NCBI GenBank assembly: GCA_051313645.2
Contig: JBNRSN020000017.1
Location: forward strand, 16,554,001 to 16,618,000
Direction of reading: 5' to 3'
DNA: 64,000 nt
Source of the DNA: Centroscyllium fabricii
Lineage: Eukaryota
Below the pieces are notes generated by a model that was given only the letters and a program-made list of their open reading frames with translations, did not search any database and had not been told where the DNA came from. Below are positions 58,608 through 64,000 of the stretch, in pieces. Numbering within the stretch: position 1 is the stretch's first letter; every line of letters starts with the position of its first letter. The position numbers were made by a program, and so were the translations under genes.

Positions 58608-59630
58608 GGCCCAGAAATTGCAGTCAGCGCATATCGGGTTTAAGCTCTGCGAGCGCACCAGAGCTTAAACCCGCAGGAAGCAGCCGGAGCGCACGCTTCG
58701 GGATTTCCTATGCCGCTCGGGGGGGGGGGGGGGTCGCTGCTTCCTGTGAGGTCCAGCGTAAAATCACAAAAATGGGGGGTCGCGACCTCTCCTGCGGTTT
58801 CCCACCAGCTTGTCAGTCTCAGGCTGGCGGGTCTGATCAGCCCGCTTCATCCCCGCCCGGCATCAGCAGGGATGGTCGTTAGGTTCATTAGGGGCCCTTA
58901 ATTGGCATGTATAATGCCATTTTAAGGGCCCCTTGCAATTTTTAGCCTTTTCCTATGCAAAGCCCACCAGCTGGAAACCCCGCCGGTGAAACCTAGCAGG
59001 GACACATTCGGTTTGCTGACTTTCACCTTCAAGGCATTGAAGCACTTATAGCAGAATGGCTTCCTGCCTCCAGCATACTGGAGGTCTAACTGTCTCCCTA
59101 GGGTGCCCGAGGTTAGTAGGAAAAACCCTTTAAATAATTTACCTTCCAGCTGCTTTCTAGTAATTGACAGATAGGTATTCCCTAGCTGTCAGGAGCCTGC
59201 CAGTGAAACAAACCACTTAGAGCTGTCAATCATCGACTTGCGGTTAGATTCTGTTGACAGTGGATTGTGACATCACAATGCACTGAAACAACAGAAAGAA
59301 ACAGACCAGACGACATAGAGCTGTCAATCATCGACTTGCAGTTAGATTCTGTTGACAGTGGATTGTGATGTCACAATCCACTGAAACAACAGAAAGAAAC
59401 AGACTAGACTAGTTAGAGCTGTCAGTCATGGGCTCTGCTGGTTACACAGTGGGAACTCCTCCGGCTTTCTATCTAAATCAATCAATTGGCAGGGGCTTCC
59501 CACACGCGGGGATTTAATTGGCCAATTGGGCCAAAATTGCATGGGGCTCCCACACGCTTCAGAAAGCGTGAAGAAAAAGTGATCAGCGGGGTACCCACCA
59601 ATTCCCCACACCTTGAGGAAAATTGACCCC
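58608..59630 (-). mobile_element. Internally deleted Harbinger derivative
   Basis: 58890-58995 resembles the reverse complement of 36935-37040 (the transposase-side end). 59480-59630 resembles 60660-60808 (a Myb-side end). Termini ggcccagaaattg and aaaattgacccc. No TSD seen. Confidence 0.7.
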
Positions 59631-60195
59631 AAAGAGTTTGCAAAGGGATAGGTAAGTTAAGTGAGTGGGCAAAAATTTGGCAGATGGAGTATAGTGTGGG
59701 AAAATGTGATGTTATCCACTTTGGTCGGAAGAATAGAAAAGCAAAATATTATTTAAATGAAGAGAGACTTCAGAATGCTATGATACAGAGGGACCTGGGT
59801 GTCCTTGTACATGAAACACACAAAGGTTAGCATGCAGGTACAGCAAGTAATTAGGAAGGCAAATGGAATGTTGGCCTTCATTGTAAGGAGGATGGAGTAT
59901 AAAAGTGAGAAAGTCTTGCTACAACTGTACAGGGTATTGGTGAGACCACACCTGGAGTACTGCGTACAGTTTTGGTCTCCTTATTTAAGGAAGGATATAC
60001 TTGCATTGGAGGCAGTTCAGAGACGATTCACCAGGTTGATTCCTGGGATGTAAGCACTGTCTTATGACAAGTTGAGCAGTTTGGGCCTATACGCATTGGA
60101 GTTTAGAAGAATGAGAGGTGATCTTATTAAAACATATAAGATTCTGAGGGGGCTCGACAAGGTAGATGCTGAGGGGATGTTTCCATTTGTGGGTG

Positions 60196-60808
60196 TCAAG
60201 TGGGATGTGGAGGAAGAGATTGCTAAAGCTGAGTGCTGATGAGTGCAATGGGGATCAGATTGAGGGTGATGGAAACTTCATACTTACTTTTCCAGTGCGA
60301 TGAAGGTCCTGGAATCTTTTCCTGCACTGAATCCAGGTGCGCCTTGTGAGGCCCAAGGAGTTGACTTCCCCAGACACCTGTAGCCAAGCAGCTTTGGTCT
60401 CAGTGGGTGGCCTCTTCCTCCCTGAAGAAGGGAACAGGACCTCCCTGTGGGCCCTAACCCCATCCAGTAATGCCAGCAGCGATGCCTCATCAAGCTTGGG
60501 TGCAGCTGTTGCCCTCCCGTTGGCCATAGCTCCTGCAGGCTCCTGTGACATCATAAGGGGAAAGCTTGGAAGCCCACAGAGGAAGCAAGGCTTGCTGTGG
60601 ACCTTAAAAGCAGCAGCAATGATGACGTCATATTCTGCGACTTTCTGACTGGAAATACTCAATTGCCGAGGGTTCCCACACGCTGGAAATCAATTGGCCA
60701 ATTGAGTTAAAATTGCATCAATCTCACAGACCCATTTAGATTCGTGTGGGAAGCTCGATATTTGGGGAACCCGACAATTCCCCGCATCTGAGGGAAAGTT
60801 CGACCCCC
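60196..60808 (-). mobile_element. Truncated Harbinger end with Myb/SANT exon 1
   Basis: Translation PKLDEASLLALLDGV.AHREVLFPSSGRKRPP..TKAAW.QV…QCRKRFQDLHRTGK|gtaagt is homologous to 31982-32245, with the same splice donor. Confidence 0.88.
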
Positions 60809-61099
60809 AAGTCTTTCCTCTGAGTGCACAGTAACACCAGCCTGGGTTGAGCTGGCATTGCTACAGTGCTGTTGTCCTGTTTCTCATCGTTGGAGGCCCT
60901 AAACTTTGGGCAGTGCCATGTTGTCGAACCGAGGTGGTGAGGAAGGACTGAAGTTTGCGAATGCCCATTAAGCCGACAGCCTCCAGCTCAAACCCATCAG
61001 TCCGCGCAGGATTTTAACCCAAGTCCACTGAGCCACCCAGAACTCCTTTCTCTGGCCCTGATCACTGTGGGGTTGAGGGAGGTTGTGGGGTTAATTCAT

Positions 61100-61970
61100 C
61101 CAAACTACCTCAACCCCACTAACTACCTCAACTCCAATAACTAACTCAGCTCCACTAACTACCTCAACCCCACTAACTACCTCAACCCCACTAACTGCCT
61201 CAACCCCACTAACTGCCTCAACCCCACTAACTACCTCAACCCCACTAACTACCCCAACCCCACTAACTACCTCAACCCCACTAACTACCTCAACTCCAAT
61301 AACTAACTCAGCTCCACTAACTACCTCAACCCCACTAACTACCTCAACCCCACTAACTGCCTCAACCCCACTAACTGCCTCAACCCCACTAACTACCCCA
61401 ACCCCACTAACTGCCTCAACCCCACTAACTACCTCAACCCCACTAACTACCTCAACTCCAATAACTAACTCAGCTCCACTAACTACCTCAACCCCACTAA
61501 CTACCTCAACCCCACTAACTGCCTCAACCCCACTAACTGCCTCAACCCCACTAACTACCTCAACCCCACTAACTACCCCAACCCCACTAACTGCCTCAAC
61601 CCCACTAACTACCTCAACCCCACTAACTACCTCAACCCCACTAACTATTTGAACCCCACTAACTACCTGAACCCCACTAACTATCTGAACCCCACTAACT
61701 ACCTGAACCCCACTAACTACCTGGACTCTACTAACTACCTGAACCCCACTAACTATCTGAACCCCACTATCTATCTGAACCCCACTAACTATTTGAACCC
61801 AACGAAATACCTGAACCTCACTAAATACCTGAACCCCACTAACTACCTGAACCCCACTAACTATCTGAACCCTGCTATCTATCTGAACCCTGCTAACTAT
61901 CTGAATACCACTAACTACCTCAACTGCACTAACTACCTCAACCCCACTAATTATCTCAACCTGAACTCCA
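61100..61970. repeat. Minisatellite, 18-bp unit (aaccccactaactacctc), about 48 copies
   Basis: Tandem array. The variant block actccaataactaactcagctcc recurs at 61131, 61293 and 61455. Confidence 0.95.
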
Positions 61971-63188
61971 CGGTCCTGCAGAGTAAACAGGAGCAAACCA
62001 AACTTCACCCACAGAGAACAAAACTGAGGAATAGTCACTCTCTTCGATATCTCATGTTCCATATATGAGCAGGGTGGGCAATTTGGACTCCCTCAATCTA
62101 GCGTTAACGGGGAAGTAACAGCCTTACCACCACCATTAACACAGCCGATGCGGCTGCAGCCATTTTGAAAGCTGCCTACCGCTGGGTGTCCAAAGTGCCC
62201 ACCTGTTTCAGGCAATAGGCCCCCTTTCAATACGGCAAATCGGGTTTCTATGAGATAAATTGGTCCCCAGTTGCCATTTCAGATCGGAATTGGTCGGAAC
62301 CTGCGCAGTGCCGGGCTCAACCATTTCCACAGGCGGTGGAGGGGAAGAGGCCGAAGGTAACGTCTCGACTTATTTTTATGGGCCTTGGAGGGGCAGGAGT
62401 GGGGCCCATAAAAATAATCTGGGCCACTGCTGCCCAGGGACCCCCACCCTCAGTGACTGCGCCACCCTGCCCCCCAACACAATTTACCCTCCTGGCCCTA
62501 GTTCTTCTGCTGAGTCTGGTGAGCTGCGGCGAGATGCCTGTTTGGTGGCTTGCAGACTGCCTGGCAATGGTAAATCAGGCCTGAACGGTGGCGGGGGGGT
62601 GGGGGGGGGGGGAACATTTGGCCTCCCGAATGGTTGGCCAACCAAAGGTCAGAATAGACCCTGAGCTGTTTGAGAACCAAGGGTCAGAATAGACCCTGAG
62701 CTGTTTGAGAAGCACACTTTAGTGTTATTAAATAATTTTGACCGGCTTTGCGCCCGCTTTGAAGCCAACGTAACATTTGCTCGCTGAGACACCAGCTTAT
62801 CGACCGCAGGCCTTGTTAGCATCAGGAGCCCAAATGCCTGTGCAAGACTCATGGAATAAAGCAGTGCGATCGTCTGAGGGGGAATTACTGCAGATGGATG
62901 CATCGAGTCCGTTCCGAGGCCCTGTTTAAGCTTGGTTCAACATATTGCGCGCAAAAAAGCAACCTTCTGCCATCTGAGCTTAGAATGAAACACTCGCAGA
63001 ATTGGAAGCGTGGTTGCCTGGAGGCAGAGAGGGGGAGGGTGACGGGAGTCATTCTCTCCTACGGCTGGACTGCGATTTGTATAAATTCGAAAAAAGCATC
63101 GTTATAAAAATGGATTCATCATATTAGAGAGTAAGAAAAGACAAGAGGTATCTGGCTTCTTCTTCACAGGTAACTATTAGCACATAAT

Positions 63189-64000
63189 GGGCCAGAAATT
63201 CCGATGCCTAAAGCAGATGCCCACGGCGATGCCCACGAAAAATGCCCACGGATCCGAGATGCCCACGGATCCGAAACTTCCGATGCTGAGGGAGAAGGGC
63301 CCTCAGCATAATGCCCAGGAATGAGTTGCACCCAAAAATTCCGATTCAAAAAAGGTCAAAAAGGGTCATTTTTTTCTGTGATTCTGTGGGCAACGGAGCC
63401 CACAGATGCACTTGAAAAAAGCTGGAGTAACTCGTTGATGAGGTAGAGAGAAACGTTCTTAAGCATGGTAAGTTAATTTTTTAACTTTAATTAAATTTTT
63501 TTACAGTTTTTGGGAGTAGTGTGGCCAGATCGGAAGCGTTAAATTTTTAAGTTAAAGTTTAAATTTTTTTTTAACAAATCCGATTTTAAGTTAATTTACC
63601 TGGTTGAAATCGCTAATTTTTAAAGTTAAATTTCTGAAATTTTTAACTCTCTAGCTAATTAAAATTTAAAAAAAATCTACGAGGAAAAAATGGCTGACTT
63701 ACCTGCCGTTTCTTCCTCTGCGAAGCTGCTGTGCCCCCGCGCTGCTCCTCGCGAGTCTGTTGTGCAGCTCCGCACTTACCTGCTCTCACAAAGGTCCGAC
63801 TCGGGATCTGTTCATTTAAATTAGCGATCTGGGGGCGTTTTTTATTTAAATTTGGGATCTGTGGGCGGGGCTTACACTTCGCATGTAGCGTGGCTGGACT
63901 GCCACGTTGCGAACGAAGGGGGCGGAGCCAATCGGAAATTTTGAGAAAAAAAAACCTCAGATGTTGCTGGGCTTCTTAAGTGCTCCGCATGGTCCTAGTT
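63189..64000. mobile_element. Possible left end of another Harbinger-type non-autonomous element
   Basis: Begins gggccagaaattcc (similar to 58608) and continues with repeated gatgcccacg subterminal motifs. The other end is not in the window. Confidence 0.4.

Larger units (their letters stand above)
56400..60195 (+). mobile_element. Decayed CR1 (5' UTR, ORF1 esterase, EN start, RT end) with nested insertions and a large ORF2 deletion
   Basis: LEELRLRVDELESEL and VHVGTNDIG…ISGLLP; EN remnants at 58140-58605; RT C-terminus at 59631-60195. Confidence 0.88.

Noticed and set aside
61091-62068. Repetitive proteins (VEVVSG)n and (NPTNYL)n
   Set aside because: These are stop-free frames of an 18-bp minisatellite with no splice or domain evidence.

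Overview
Eukaryotic, repeat-saturated intergenic or intronic DNA with no recognisable host protein-coding exon. The SINE and LINE content (HE1-type V-SINEs, SacSINE1/Deu-type SINEs, CR1/HER1-like LINEs, Penelope relics) points to a cartilaginous fish (inference). Main contents: (1) a decayed tRNA-Ser-primed Gypsy element (4012-11032, TSD GAAAC); (2) nested in it, a very young non-coding LTR element (6288-8413, TSD GTAAT) with two 981-bp LTRs, a 164-bp interior and an 11-nt Tf1/sushi-style self-priming signature; (3) a young, almost intact Gypsy (46821-51597, TSD ACAGG) with no tRNA PBS but a 14-bp inverted repeat over its 5'-LTR poly(A) signal, plus a related solo LTR; (4) a full-length Harbinger transposon (31728-37220, TSD AGT) with an open transposase ORF and a damaged spliced Myb/SANT gene, plus derivatives; (5) a near full-length CR1 and many CR1/L2 fragments; (6) Penelope relics with minimal hammerhead ribozymes; (7) a 5S-derived SINE, a Tc1/pogo-type MITE and two large minisatellites. 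All calls come from reading the sequence by eye. No database searches were run, so the novelty of the families is unverified.
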